From positions 86,614,001-86,678,000 of the forward strand of contig OX597817.1 in assembly GCA_951406725.2 (NCBI GenBank): a DNA stretch of 64,000 nucleotides. The letters are read 5' to 3'. The position numbers were made by a program, and so were the translations under genes. The notes beneath the pieces are model-generated. The model was not told where the DNA came from and did no database searches. It saw only the letters and a list, made by a program, of their open reading frames with translations. This DNA is from Octopus vulgaris. Lineage: Eukaryota. Below are positions 27,446 through 39,996 of the stretch, in pieces (positions within the stretch are counted from its first letter, which is position 1; the number at the start of each line of letters is the position of its first letter).

Positions 27446-27785
27446 TGATTTTTTTATTGAAACTGAAACTAAGAGTTTGTTTTTTTACTCTAGTTTCACA
27501 CCATTGCGATGTTCGGGCGAGAACTGTTACAATATAGTATTGGTGGTATATTCATATCCTTCGGTGTCCTATGTATGGTCGAGTGTTTGTGTTAAATTAT
27601 TGGTTGGCTTTTCTGGCCTCTTCATTGGTTGGTTATGTTATTTTTGTGATGTGATATTCATAATTTTACAGTTTTAAGTGGACGGGTACGTTATTTATTT
27701 GTTTTGGATTTGTTAGTTAGTGAAGGAGTCTTTTGTTGTTGTTGTATTTTCCTCTTTTTGTATATGCGTGCGTATGGTTTAAAAT

Positions 27786-28098
27786 AACTCCGATTTACGA
27801 ATTTAATTCATTTCTGAAGGTTGTTCGTCACCCAAAATGTTCGTAAACCGAAATTATTTTTCCCATAGGAAATTCAAAAAGGGCACGGCGAATTCACCCA
27901 GGGATGTGCACTGAGCGAAAGCTTGACAGCAACTGACGTTCTCCCGCTGTTATTCCCAACTTATCGCCAACCGTTGTTACCGGTTTCGTGTTCGTTACTC
28001 GAGATATCATTCGTCACCTAAGACGTTTTATGTTCGAAAAATTGTTCTTAAACCGATATGTTCATGATGAAAGGCTTTCGTAGACCGAGGGTCGACTG
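27786..28098. mobile_element. Tigger/pogo-like MITE inserted in the left PLE arm
   Basis: Right end TTCGTAGACCGAGGGTCGACTG|TA; left end CCGATTTACGAA; absent from the other arm. Confidence 0.65.
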
Positions 28099-28259
28099 TA
28101 AATGTTCTTCAAAAAGGTTGTTTATAAACAGATTACTTGAAAAGTAATTAAGGAGATATCTATTAGTTATATCCTCAATGAATGGTACTATTCACGGTTG
28201 AGTATTTTGGGAAATTGCTTTGGGAGTAAAAAAAAAAGCATTTATTTTTTATAAAATTT

Positions 28260-28321
<62 letters not shown>

Positions 28322-28694
28322 GTGTGTGTGTGTGTGTCTGCGTGTGTGTGTGTGTGTATGTGTGTCTGTATTTCAGTTTGTATTTCTTTAGAATTTTGTT
28401 CTTTGGCAGGTATTCCTATGTTATTGTCTAAATCTAGGATCGTGTTTCTTATTTTGCCAGTGGTCATAAAAATATGTTATGGGAGTGGGTTTCTTTATGA
28501 ATGTCTATGAGTAGTGTTAGCTGTGTAGTTAAGGACATATCTCTTATGAATAGATATATTTTCAATGAATGTTTTATAACCGAATAGTTTTTCGTATGTT
28601 GCGTTTGTGTTGTGATGAATAGACATTATGTCTGTGGTATGTGTGTGTTTTGCTTTGGATATGATGGAATTTTTTGTTTTCTTGTTTAGAGGGA

Positions 28695-28750
<56 letters not shown>

Positions 28751-29059
28751 ATATGCAGTGGGTAAAATCCCTACTGGTATACTGTTTGTCTGTTCTTGGG
28801 TTTGTATAATGCGTGTGTATGCATAAAGTGTGTATAAGCATATGCGTCGGTATATTATGTGTATTATTTTTTTTAAAGTCATGCCGTGGACATATGCTTT
28901 GCATGCTAAGTGTATGTTAATTTTTTTCATGTATATGGATGTACGTGCATGTGTGTGTAATGTTTATTATTGTAGGTATGGTGTTTATTATTGTGGGTGT
29001 TTCTGTGGGTTTTTGGTTTTGTTTTATCCCGTTTGCAGTTCAGAACCATTTTTAAAAGT

Positions 29060-29460
29060 GAATTTATTTTGGGTCCAAATGGGGATATTATCTCATTCCT
29101 CTTAGTTAGAATGTATACATTTTGTGTGATCCTGTGGTAATTTTCTATGCTGCTGAAGGGCCAGATATCCGAGCTGTTTATATATGATAGTACATGGTCT
29201 ATTATTCTCCATTTTATATTTGCAATGATATTTGGTATTCTTTAACTCACAGAGATATTTGGAGAAGGATGTTGCGTTCCTTTTGCATATGGTCCAGAGT
29301 GTGTGTATTTTGTATGTATCTGTCTTTAAAGGTGCAACTAGTGATACCGAGATAGTTTCTTTCTATTTGTCCTTTTATGAAACTGGTGATGTATAAACTA
29401 TGTTTCTTTGTTAAGAATTACCTTGTTGTGTGCAGGCTATAGTTCTTACGCAGTTGCATG
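29060..29460 (-). pseudogene. PLE GIY-YIG endonuclease remnant
   Basis: Manual translation: CNCVRTIAC..NIVY..NYLGITSCTFKDRY..NATSFSKYLCELK..IKWRII; collinear with 1053-1702. Confidence 0.8.
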
Positions 29461-29730
29461 TTTTGTCATGTTTTTTAGTTATCGCAATGTAACTGTAACT
29501 GACGTTTGTGCTGTTTTCAACTGAGGATGAAGAATCGACATACTTCGAGAGAAAATTCAGTGGTGTAGCATAAACCGGGGAGTTTACAAAAATTCAAGTA
29601 TTAGGTAGTCCAAAGTATTGGTCGGAAAAATAATTTGTGGTATTTCTATTCAGTTGGGAAGTGCTTACTGTAGACAATAGCATACCAATACTTGACAAAA
29701 AACAAAATTCTAAAGAAATGCAAACTGCCA

Positions 29731-29767
<37 letters not shown>

Positions 29768-31572
29768 ACACAAATATTTTTTCCAAAACAAGTGAAACAA
29801 ATTTTTAAAAAAATAAATAAACATATATTTAATCACAGAACAATCCACAAAATCAGTAATCCGTGAAAAGCACCATTCATTAAGGCTATAGCTAACATAT
29901 ATATATTCTTAGTTACCTTTTCAAGTTGCCCATTCATAAACAACCTTTCTCAAAAGCAATATTTATCTAAAACCTTAAGGGAAAAGAAAAGCAGCAAAAA
30001 CGAAAATAGTTCCCATTACCAACCCATCACCAAATTCCTAACAAATTAATAACACACCTTTACCTGCAATTACGAGAAATACAAACACCACATCACAAAA
30101 ATAGTATAAACTACAAATGAAGAGACCAGAAACTGCACCCAATAAATAACGAGTTAGTACAAGCACCAGACCACACACAAACACACGCACACACCGAAAA
30201 GGATAATGTATTATAATAGATCTCGCCAGAAGAAACGAGAGACAATCAATTTCAGCTTCAATAAATAAAACTCATCGCCTTCAGCGTGTATTGAGCACTC
30301 CTCTGTCACTTGACCGACTCAAACCAACGTGCATATATGTGTATATCTCTGTGTGTGCAAGTGCTCGTGTATGTATGTGTGTGGGCGTGAATTCTCTGTT
30401 CTAAAATGTCCAGTGAACATCGTAGAACACAGTTTAGTGAGAAATTTTTACAAAAGTGAAGAATAAAATTACGGCTATTTAGTCAAGATTTGTTTTGGCT
30501 TCCGATAATTTAGAATACCTTAGGTTGGAATTGACGGTACCGTTGTTGGTAACAATTGAATTAACTTTGCCAAAATTCAGATTTTGAGAAAACACAAGAT
30601 TTAAAAAGTAAAAGGAAAAACAAACACGACTTTAACAACAGATATTGAGAATCATACTACTACTACTACTGTCATAGTCACAAGGGCTGGGAAAATAAAT
30701 CGTTTAAGGATTTAATGAATATTTATAAGTGTATGAAAAGTATAGGACAAAAACAATAAACAGTATTGAAAAATGATAACGCGTATGGTGAACGCGTGAG
30801 AGAGTGAGAAAAACAATGAATAAAAGCAATACGGTATATAAAAATATAAATGTATGGATAAAGCAATCACAAAAGCAAAAATCTAAGTGGAGGTAATAAA
30901 GACGCATACACCCATAGATTTCTTGCTTTTTTTAAATATTGATTTCTTACGTGATTCATACATATGTGCGTGCACGTGTGTGTGACAGAGAGTATGTGTG
31001 TGTATGTGTGTGTGTGTGCGAGCGCGAGTTTGTGTGTCTGTTTGTGTGTGTTTGTGTGTGTGTGTTTGTGTATGTGTGTGTGTGTGTTTGTGTATGTGTG
31101 TGTGTGTTTGTGTGCGTATGTTCGTGTGTGTGTGTTTGTTTGTGTGTGTTTGTGTGCGTATGTTCGTGTGTGTGTTTGTGTGTGCGTGCGTACCTGTATG
31201 TGTGTGTAATCGTGTGCGTGTCTGTACAAATACTACATTTAGGTAGTTAGAATAACAACGTGAAAAAAAGAAACAAAACAACCGAATCAATAAACAAAAG
31301 GTGTGAGAAACGCGATATTTATAATGATGCTGGAAAGAAAATATTCTATAGAAACGGTGGAAGGCTATGAAGAGAATGGTAACTGTAACCGTATGACAAT
31401 CAAAAGATGGAAGAAAAAAAGACGATGACGAAAATATATTTTGATGTAAAGAATTGCTTTCTTTTGTTTTATTGTACCCTGAAGTATCGTATATTTTGGT
31501 GGTGATGGTGTGGTACCGTTGAAGTCTAAGAATTTGATGTACGTATATATATGCATGTATACGTATCATCCA

Positions 31573-31911
31573 GCGTTCGAGAGTTCATTTATTTTCTGTA
31601 AAATATCGACTCACTCGGCACTTATGAGTTTGTTTACAAAATGGTCTCACATTCCAAAAAGCTACTGTTTACCAATCTAAAAAGACGGTAATTGTTGTCA
31701 TGGGTCTCTTAGCTTAATGGCATAGAGAGCTCAGCCGGAATTTGAGAGATACAGCGCTCGATTCTCTGTAGAGACTTGCTGGCCACTTTTCCCCCGTCTT
31801 ATAAAAGGTATTTACCCGATTTTCTAAGCTGTCTTTACAGCCATCTTGCGTTCGAGAATTCCTTTATTTTTCTGTAAAATACTCAATCAGCGCTTATAAG
31901 TTTGTTTACAA
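31573..31911 (+). repeat. tRNA-like sequence (31702-31776) between ~65-bp direct repeats
   Basis: GCGTTCGAGA..TTTTCTGTAAAATA..GTTTGTTTACAA at ~31573-31639 and ~31848-31911. Confidence 0.6.
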
Positions 31912-33530
31912 TATATATACGTACATATATTGGATCTTCGTTAAACTGGATATCGGATAAATCAGGCAAAATCTAAGTTGAGGGAAGGGTTATCGACCTT
32001 GTTTTCCGCCGCCATCCTTTAATATCAATGCTGGGAGGGAGAATATTGTGGGTGTGCTGAGTGAGCACTGCATACCCATTGGATTTAGTTACATTATAAA
32101 TATGTTCACTCAATCGCATAATATACAACCTCATACATCCCTACATAAAAATATTACTTTTTCTTTTTTAACACTCTGTACTCGCCCTAATTCACCTCTT
32201 AATATTCACTCCTACCTTCACTGCTTCATTTTATCCTAAATTTAACCTGTTAATCATCTTTCATAATCGCTCTTACACTTCCCTCTAATAAGCACTATGT
32301 TTTCATGATGACAAGTTGTCTCTACACATTCATTGAAAATTTATTCACTGAAATTTAATTTCTTAATAAATAATTTTGTTCATACTGTATCAATAAATAA
32401 TCGGAACGTAATAACTTACTGAAAAAAAATAAAGCCAACTCAAAATAGTTTGAAGTTTGTATATTTTATATTTGACTGAAACTTATACTAGATAGTAGGT
32501 TCAGTATCATAGTGCACAATGTGAATAACTCACAGGCTCTTAAACACTAACATAACACAGCACAACTTGTGTTGCCCTGCAAATTTCGTCGATATTTCAG
32601 AAATTAGGAACCCACCCAACCTTGTATTTAAATCACGGCTTCCCGAAAGATTATAATAATGATAATCTAAAGCATGTGATAATATTTGTAAACAAGAAAG
32701 TATAACTAACTCTAATGGTGTAGCAGTGATGAGTGTTTGTGAAGAGTAGTGTGTTAAAAAAAGAAACGGTTTCAGACATTCGTAAAGCTAAAGACGAACT
32801 CACTACATTTTTTTTAAATACAAATCTGATTCAGTTTCTCAATCATCGTTTATCAATGAAAATAAACGTATGACAGCAGCAAATCTTTGCTTGGCAGTGA
32901 TCAAGTAGTTTACCTACCAACAATCCTTTCGTAGTAGCATTTTCTGTGGTGCAGAAATTCAATGGATTGTTGCCTAGCTAGATATATGAGTGTTAAGAAT
33001 TTTGAAATTAGTGACAAGTGTTTATAAAGATTTAGAAATTGCAATGAAATGGGTGACAGAACAGCCTATCGATGAATTACAAATAGGTTACAAAACCAAT
33101 TACAAATAGGTTGAATAACTGAGAAGGGCTTCTAATTTCCCAAGTATAATGAAGATAAAAACAGGGTGTAATGGCGGTCACAATCGCAAAATATTAAATC
33201 TTTTAAGAATGCCAGGTCGCAGATTATCAAGGAATGTTTTCCAGCGTTGTTTTGCGTGGGCGCAGATGTTATGCATTTTTTAAAGTTAGTAATGGTAGAA
33301 AAGTTAGTTGTAAGTTTTGAAAAACTTAATGCACCAACTACACGTACGTTATTACCATTCCAAGAAATTTGATTTCAGCATACGCTTTTTAATGATGGCT
33401 TTGTTTTTTGTCTCATATTTCAGGCCTGCAGCGTGGAAATACCAGGTAGAAGTAGCCAGACTGTCTGTTGATGAGGGGGGAAATGTTTCTAATACCGAAA
33501 TCAAATTTAAATTCTCACACACACATACAT

Positions 33531-33741
33531 ATTGGTTTCAAATTTTGGTATAAGGTCAGCAAGTACAGAGGAGGGCCTAAGTCGACTACATCGATCCCAA
33601 TGCTCAACTGGTACTTATTTCATCGACCCCAAAAGGGTGAAAGGCAAAGTGACTTCGGCAGAATTTGAATTCAGAACGTAGAGACGGTCGAAATATCGTT
33701 AAGCATGTTGCCCGGCGCAGTACGATTCTACCAGCTCGCCA
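33531..33741 (-). mobile_element. SINE family B
   Basis: Collinear with 41791-42023. Confidence 0.85.
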
Positions 33742-34189
33742 TTTTATATATAAGTGGCGACATTCCACATACTTACTTCCAAGTTCACGCCGCAATATAT
33801 CGTTTGACAGTTGCAAAGACCACGCTCAGAGGCATTGGAAGCAATGGAGAAAGTAGGTTTACAAACACAATATGAGGAAAAAGACGATATGGTATAACTG
33901 GAATACTTTTGATCATGGATCTGCTTCATAAAAGTTGATCTGGACTTAAAATGCAACAACAATACGATCGAACTAATAAAAGAGTCCTTAGTGTGGAAGC
34001 GATCTATTTGAAATAACAACCAAATCTTCCTCATGTTACACTTAATCTTTAGAAAATGTATAGTACACAGTAAATAATGTAGAGATACACTATATATGAA
34101 AGTAAAGCAAGAGCCCAAGAGCTTGTGTGACACAACAATTCGACCTGTCACTTCACTTCTTAACTAGTCTTGAAAAGCAAGCATGCAAT

Positions 34190-34335
34190 CCCAGTCGATA
34201 AACCCATACATACCGAGCCCAAAATGATGAAAGGCAAAGTTGACCTCGACGAAATTTGAACTCAGAAGTAAAGAGCGAGAACATATACTACAAAACAAAT
34301 TTTCCGACGCTCTAACAATTGTGCCAGCTTACCAC
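34190..34335 (-). mobile_element. SINE family B, diverged
   Basis: GATGAAAGGCAAAGTTGACCTCG..TTTGAACTCAGAA. Confidence 0.7.
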
Positions 34336-34419
34336 CTAAATAGCAGTTATTATCCCGGTTCGCTTCAGTTTTTATGTTCATTTAGGATATCTATGTCATG
34401 TCTCAGCGCCTTTCCGCAG

Positions 34420-34660
34420 CTAAGAGATGCAACATTTCTCACAACAAATACGCTGTCCGGAGAATGGCCGCCACCTGTCTACATCCAATATGTGGTAGTG
34501 CCAAATCTCATGCAAAGTTTTTGTGTTCTTTGAGACGGCTCTGAGCGCACCAGTCGCAATGGGTATCGCACACGCTCTTGAGACTCTGGGAATACACTCC
34601 AATTCAAATATCAAGCGCTGATACTTTTCGGTTTTCTTATTGTCTGACTTCACAATGTTC
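34420..34660 (-). pseudogene. R4/Dong-type REL endonuclease C-terminal remnant
   Basis: KTEKYQRLIFEL..IPIATGALRAVSK. Confidence 0.65.
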
Positions 34661-35234
34661 TGGTCTGCGTATTTTACAGTAGCTCTAACGAAAATACGAA
34701 ATTTCAACAAGGTAGACATATAATAAACGGAAAGGAAAATAATCCTGATCTAAAAGTGACTTTAGATTTCAACAAATGGATTAATTTAAGATGCATTCTC
34801 CAAACAAAAATAGATGAGAAAAAAACAGAACATAAAATAAAAAAATACAATACAATCAGCAAACAAAAACAAACAACAAAAATAAATATTTCGTGAATAA
34901 AAGCATTAACTTACAAACATTGGAAATGTAAACCATGAGCATGAAGTTAGAAAATCTGAAAGAAAAGAAATATTAAAACAAATGTGAAACAAATGAAAAT
35001 TATGAAACAATAAAATCAAGCTCCAGTCACAGAACAATGATGACCAATAAAAGCTAAACCAGAACAATACAAATGAAAATATAAATAAACGAGAAGATGA
35101 GGAATATTTTAAAATATTAAATTCATTGGAAATTTTTGATATGATAATGGTCTAGATGTGGAAATAGTTAAAGAATCAGAATCGATAGATCTTGCAGTGT
35201 ATCAAGGAAGGTCTCTCCAAAAGATAAAAAGCTA

Positions 35235-35345
35235 CGACCAAAATTACAGGTGATTAACAAAATTGCAATTTCCAAATTTCATTTCCTTGAAAAAATACCA
35301 AAGAAATATAACAGCAGATTTCGTGCTTCTGCAAGAAACCAATAT
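35235..35345 (+). pseudogene. Possible LINE APE endonuclease N-terminal remnant
   Basis: QNYR*L...ADFVLLQET resembles the N.RGL..D...LQET motif. Confidence 0.35.
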
Positions 35346-35899
35346 CTATAAATGTATAAAATGTTTGTGCATCTATGAGAATCTACAATTGTTTATTATA
35401 TATCGATCGATATCGATTTTGTTTACTTCTTTTCTTGTATTCGACTGGTTTTCTAGCTCTAGATGACACCAAGTTTCGGTTATTGGTTTATAAGAAAGAC
35501 TGTATCTCCGTTAGATTGATAACTTAGACGTAAAAAAAAATGCAGTTGCTCTCTTTCTTTCTGTATCTGTCTTTCTCTTTTGATGTCACATGGAATATAT
35601 TCTTATCCTAAACTGTATTACATAGTGTTTTGATTGATTAACTAAATGTCCATAATTTCTTCCAAGTATTTTTTGTCTTTTTTTTTGCCTCCTATACTCC
35701 CTAGATTGTCTCTGCTGTAGTCTCCAACACTGTATTCCTAAAGATTTCATTATTCATTGCAGTATAAAAAACAGATTTACGATAATTTTTCTTACATAAC
35801 GGTAGTCGACAGCAAGTACAAACACTAAAGAGTGGTAGTAAAATCCTGGTAGTAAACTGAGGCGTGGGATCGATTTCTAGGTGAGATATTTCATTTAAC

Positions 35900-36220
35900 T
35901 GGCACTTCGTCGGTTTCGACGATGAGGATTCCAGTTGATCCAATCAACAGAACGGTTTGCTCGTGAAATTAACGTGCAACGGATGAGCGCTTCACAGACA
36001 CGCTTACCCCTAACGTAATTCTAGGGGAAACTCAGCATGACAGAATGTGACAATGCTGGACCTTTGAATTACAGGTGCAATTCATTTTTGCCAACTGAGT
36101 GGATTGGAGTAACGTGAAATAAAGTGTTTTGCTCAAGGACACAACGCGCAGCCGGGAATCGAATTAACGACCGTACGATTGTGAGCAAAATGTCCCTATC
36201 CACTAAGCCACACGCCTGCA
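35900..36220 (-). mobile_element. tRNA-headed SINE family C
   Basis: Reverse-complement head GGCGTGTGGCTTAGTGG..TTCGATTCCC; 3' part shared with 36461-36847. Confidence 0.8.
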
Positions 36221-36460
36221 TGATATTTCATTTAAGCTAACGTAAGAAGACAATATTTTCTCTGATAAACTTTCTTGTGTATTTACATATTTTATTGCTT
36301 TTCTGCATCGATGAATAATTCATTTATATATCTATATTTACATATTTTATCACGTAATTCAGTGTAGAACTAACGAAGAAGGTCACGAGTTCAACTCCAT
36401 TTGCGACGAAAATTCACACCAACGTTTACTATTCCTCTTATATAATATATATCGTCGTGT

Positions 36461-36847
36461 GGAGGCGCAATGGCCCAGTGGTTAGGGAAGCGGACTCGCG
36501 GTCATAGGATTGCGGTTTCGATTCCCAGACCGAGCGTTGTGAGTGTTTATTGAGCGAAAACACCTAAAAAAAGCTCAACGAGGCTCCGGCAGGGGATGGT
36601 GGCGATCCCTGCTGTACTCTTTCACCACAACTTTCTCTCACTCTTACTTCCTGTTTCTGTTGTACCTGTATTTCAAAGGACCGGCCTTGTCACTCTCTGT
36701 GTCACGCTGAATATCCCCGAGAACTACGTTAAGGGTGCACGTGTCTGTGGAGTGCTCAGCTACTTACACGTTAATTTCACGAGCAGGCTGTTCCGTTGAT
36801 TCGGATCAACCGGAACCCTCATCGTCGTAACCGACAGAGTGCTTCCT
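36461..36847 (+). mobile_element. tRNA-headed SINE (family C-related), full length
   Basis: GGAGGCGCAATGGCCCAGTGGTTAGGG..GTTTCGATTCCC. Confidence 0.85.
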
Positions 36848-37309
36848 TTTTTTATACTTCGTCGTGTACGTTGTGTGGGTGTACCAAAAGTAGAAGTAAT
36901 TTGAGGTTGTACCTAGAAAAAAGTGATGAAGAAGGAAATCTGATTGAAAACAAATAAAGTTCAGCTTAAACATGAAACTGTATACATCGTGTAAGGACTG
37001 CTAAGGATATGTCATTCCAATTATGTTCACGAAAAATACTTAATGAAGGACTATCCAAGTTATGTACAGTAATATATGATGTTCTGTATAATACATATGT
37101 GCAATGTTTGAAATATTGTTACATATGTGTATGGTAAGTATCTATATTTTACTATATGAAAATTGTAATATATATACGGAAACTCTTTTATATTAGCCGT
37201 AGAAAATATATGCTGTAATGTTGTGATGCTGTAATAGTTATATCTATATATAAAGCTATATATATATATATATATATATAACATGTCATAATGATATATT
37301 ATGTATAAA

Positions 37310-37520
37310 GTGGCGAGCAGACATAATCTTTAGCACACCGGACAAAATGCTTAGCAGCATTTCGTTCGTTTTTACGTTCTGAGTTCAAGTACTCTTAGAT
37401 TGTTCATCCTTACAAGATTGATACAATAAGTGGCAGTTGAGTACTGAGGTCGATGTAATCGACTTGCCTTCTCCTCCGAAATTGCTGGCCTTGAGTCAAA
37501 ATTTGAAACCGATATATTAT
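37310..37520 (+). mobile_element. SINE family B, diverged
   Basis: GGCGAGC..TTAGCACACCGGACAAAATGCTTAGC. Confidence 0.7.
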
Positions 37521-37568
37521 GTAGGTTTTGAATGCATGCTACATTGGTTATTGACAAAATATACAACT

Positions 37569-37717
37569 AGGCGCGGACGTGGCTGTGTGGTGAGACGCTT
37601 GCTTCCCAACCACATGGTTCTGGTTCAGCCCCACTACGTGGTACTTTGAGCAAGTGTCTTCTACTATAGCCTCGGGCCGACTAAAGCTTTGTAGGTGGAT
37701 TTGGTAGACGGAAAGTC

Positions 37718-37809
<92 letters not shown>

Positions 37810-38215
37810 GTATATATATGTATGTGTGTGTGTGGCTGTGTAGTAAGAAGTTGGTTTCCCACCCACATGGTTCCGGGTTCAGTCCCACTGCGTGGCACCT
37901 TGGACAAGTGTCTTCTACTATAGCCTCGGGCAGACCAAAGCCTTGTAAGTGGATTTGGTAGATGGAAAGAAGCCCTTCGTGTATGTATGTATGTATGTAT
38001 GTATGTATGTATTTTTGTGTCTGTGTTTGTCATCCCTCATTCGCTTGACAACCGATGTGGGTGTGTTTGCGTCCGCGTAACTTAGCTGTTCAGCAAGAGA
38101 CTGATAGAATAAGTTCTAGGCTTACAAGGAATAAGTCCTAGGACCGATTTGTTCGGCTAAAGACGGTGTTCCAGCATGGCCACAATCAAATGACTGAAAC
38201 AAATAAAAGAAAGAA

Positions 38216-38274
<59 letters not shown>

Positions 38275-38462
38275 GCCGACAACCATTTGACAACCGGTGC
38301 TGATTTGTCCCCGTAACTTAGCGGTTTGGCCATGAGAGATTGATAGAATAAGTACCAGGCTTTAAAATAATAGCAACTATGGTTGATTCATTCGACTAAA
38401 AATCTTTCAAGGTACTACCCCAGCATGGCCGCAGTCTAATGAGTGAAACAGATAAAAGATAA
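37569..38462 (+). mobile_element. Cluster of three SINE family A pieces (37569-37716, 37831-38217, 38271-38462)
   Basis: Repeated heads and tails separated by (TA)n and (TG)n. Confidence 0.85.
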
Positions 38463-38915
38463 AACTTTTGGTAAATGAAATTTGATCAGAGCCTAGCCTG
38501 GCAATATATGAAGTGTTGTAACAAGTCCATATGAAATATATAGAATGTAGGTTATGTTGATATATTTATGAATTGTCAGTTTCATTTTTTTCTTTTGAAA
38601 TGCCATCATTTTTGACAACACTAATATACTAGTGTACACATAAATATTTCATAATTATTGCTTTAGGACAAATGCCAAGTTATATATTCAACTCTCCCTC
38701 TAGCTATGATACTGAAAAGAGAACGGAGTGCGTGTTTCTTTATACCTAGATCAATAAATTGCTACTCACTATTTTGTGCTTCGTAAATAAGAAACGTGTA
38801 TTTATAATAAAGAATAACTATGTGAGTCCATCCACATGAAAAATATAAGCTAATGTTAACATTTTAAAGTTAACACTAACTTATATAACACACAAACATA
38901 GACACACACACACAC

Positions 38916-39150
<235 letters not shown>

Positions 39151-39351
39151 TTGACACTAAGTATGGAAAGGTAACAAAAACATTATTAGTGGATGACTTG
39201 GTGGCGATAAAAATAACTGATAACAGATTTAAGTGAAATATGATGGAATGGCAATGAAAGAACTGATGGCAATAAAATATGATGAGATGACAATAAAGGA
39301 ACCAATAAGAAGAAATTAAATGGACCGGTAGTAATAAAAGACCTGATGAAA

Positions 39352-39562
39352 TATTGGTTTCAAATTTTGGCACAAGGCCAGCAATTTTGGGGGAGGGAGT
39401 AAGTTGATTACATCGATTTCAGCACTCAACTGGTATTTTTTTATCGAAAGAATGGAAGGCAAAATTCGACCTCGCTGTAATTTGAACTCAGAATGTAAAG
39501 ACGGACGAAATGCCGCTAAGCATCTTGCCTGGCGTGCTAACGATTCTGCCAGCTCGCTGCTT
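39352..39562 (-). mobile_element. SINE family B
   Basis: Collinear with the other copies; probable TSD GATGAAAT. Confidence 0.85.
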
Positions 39563-39849
39563 TGTAGAACCGATGAAATTTAAAATGAAGAAATTTGATC
39601 AGACATTTTGCAGGAAAACAGTGGGGGAAGATCTTGTTTCATAATTCGGCTGTTCAAAAGAAAAGCTTTATGCTTGGAACTTGCAGCGAGTCTATGAGAT
39701 ATCTAAGAAGTACAGACTTGCTAAATTTGGCAGGCGAATTTCTAATGCAAATTCTGAAACTAATGGAACCAGAAAATGAAGCTCCCATAGGCATCTTCTA
39801 TGGCAACAATGGTAGAAAAGGCGAGATTTGAGACATTCCTTCGATGAAA

Positions 39850-39996
39850 GAGTAGTTGGAGTAATGAAAAGAACTCATCACTAACTAGGTTACACAGAAA
39901 ATTATGCACACTTTCGAGAGTGAGTAGTTGGAGTAATGAAAAGAACTCATCACTAACTAGGTTACACAGAAAATTATGCACACTTTCGAGAGTGAG
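39850..39996. repeat. Perfect 72-bp tandem duplication
   Basis: Units start at 39850 and 39922. Confidence 0.92.

Larger units (their letters stand above)
27449..30270 (-). mobile_element. Old Naiad-type PLE with long diverged inverted pLTR
   Basis: Arms 27449-28432 and 29671-30270 are reverse-complement homologues, each ending at AATAAA. A GIY-YIG remnant lies between them, with a degenerate HHR at ~27484-27522 (-). Confidence 0.75.

Noticed and set aside
29521-29560. CTGAGGA-GAAG..CTTC-GAGA HHR-like string
   Set aside because: No GAAA, stem III or stem I.
36461-36535. Functional tRNA genes at SINE heads
   Set aside because: The cloverleaves are imperfect and continue into SINE bodies.
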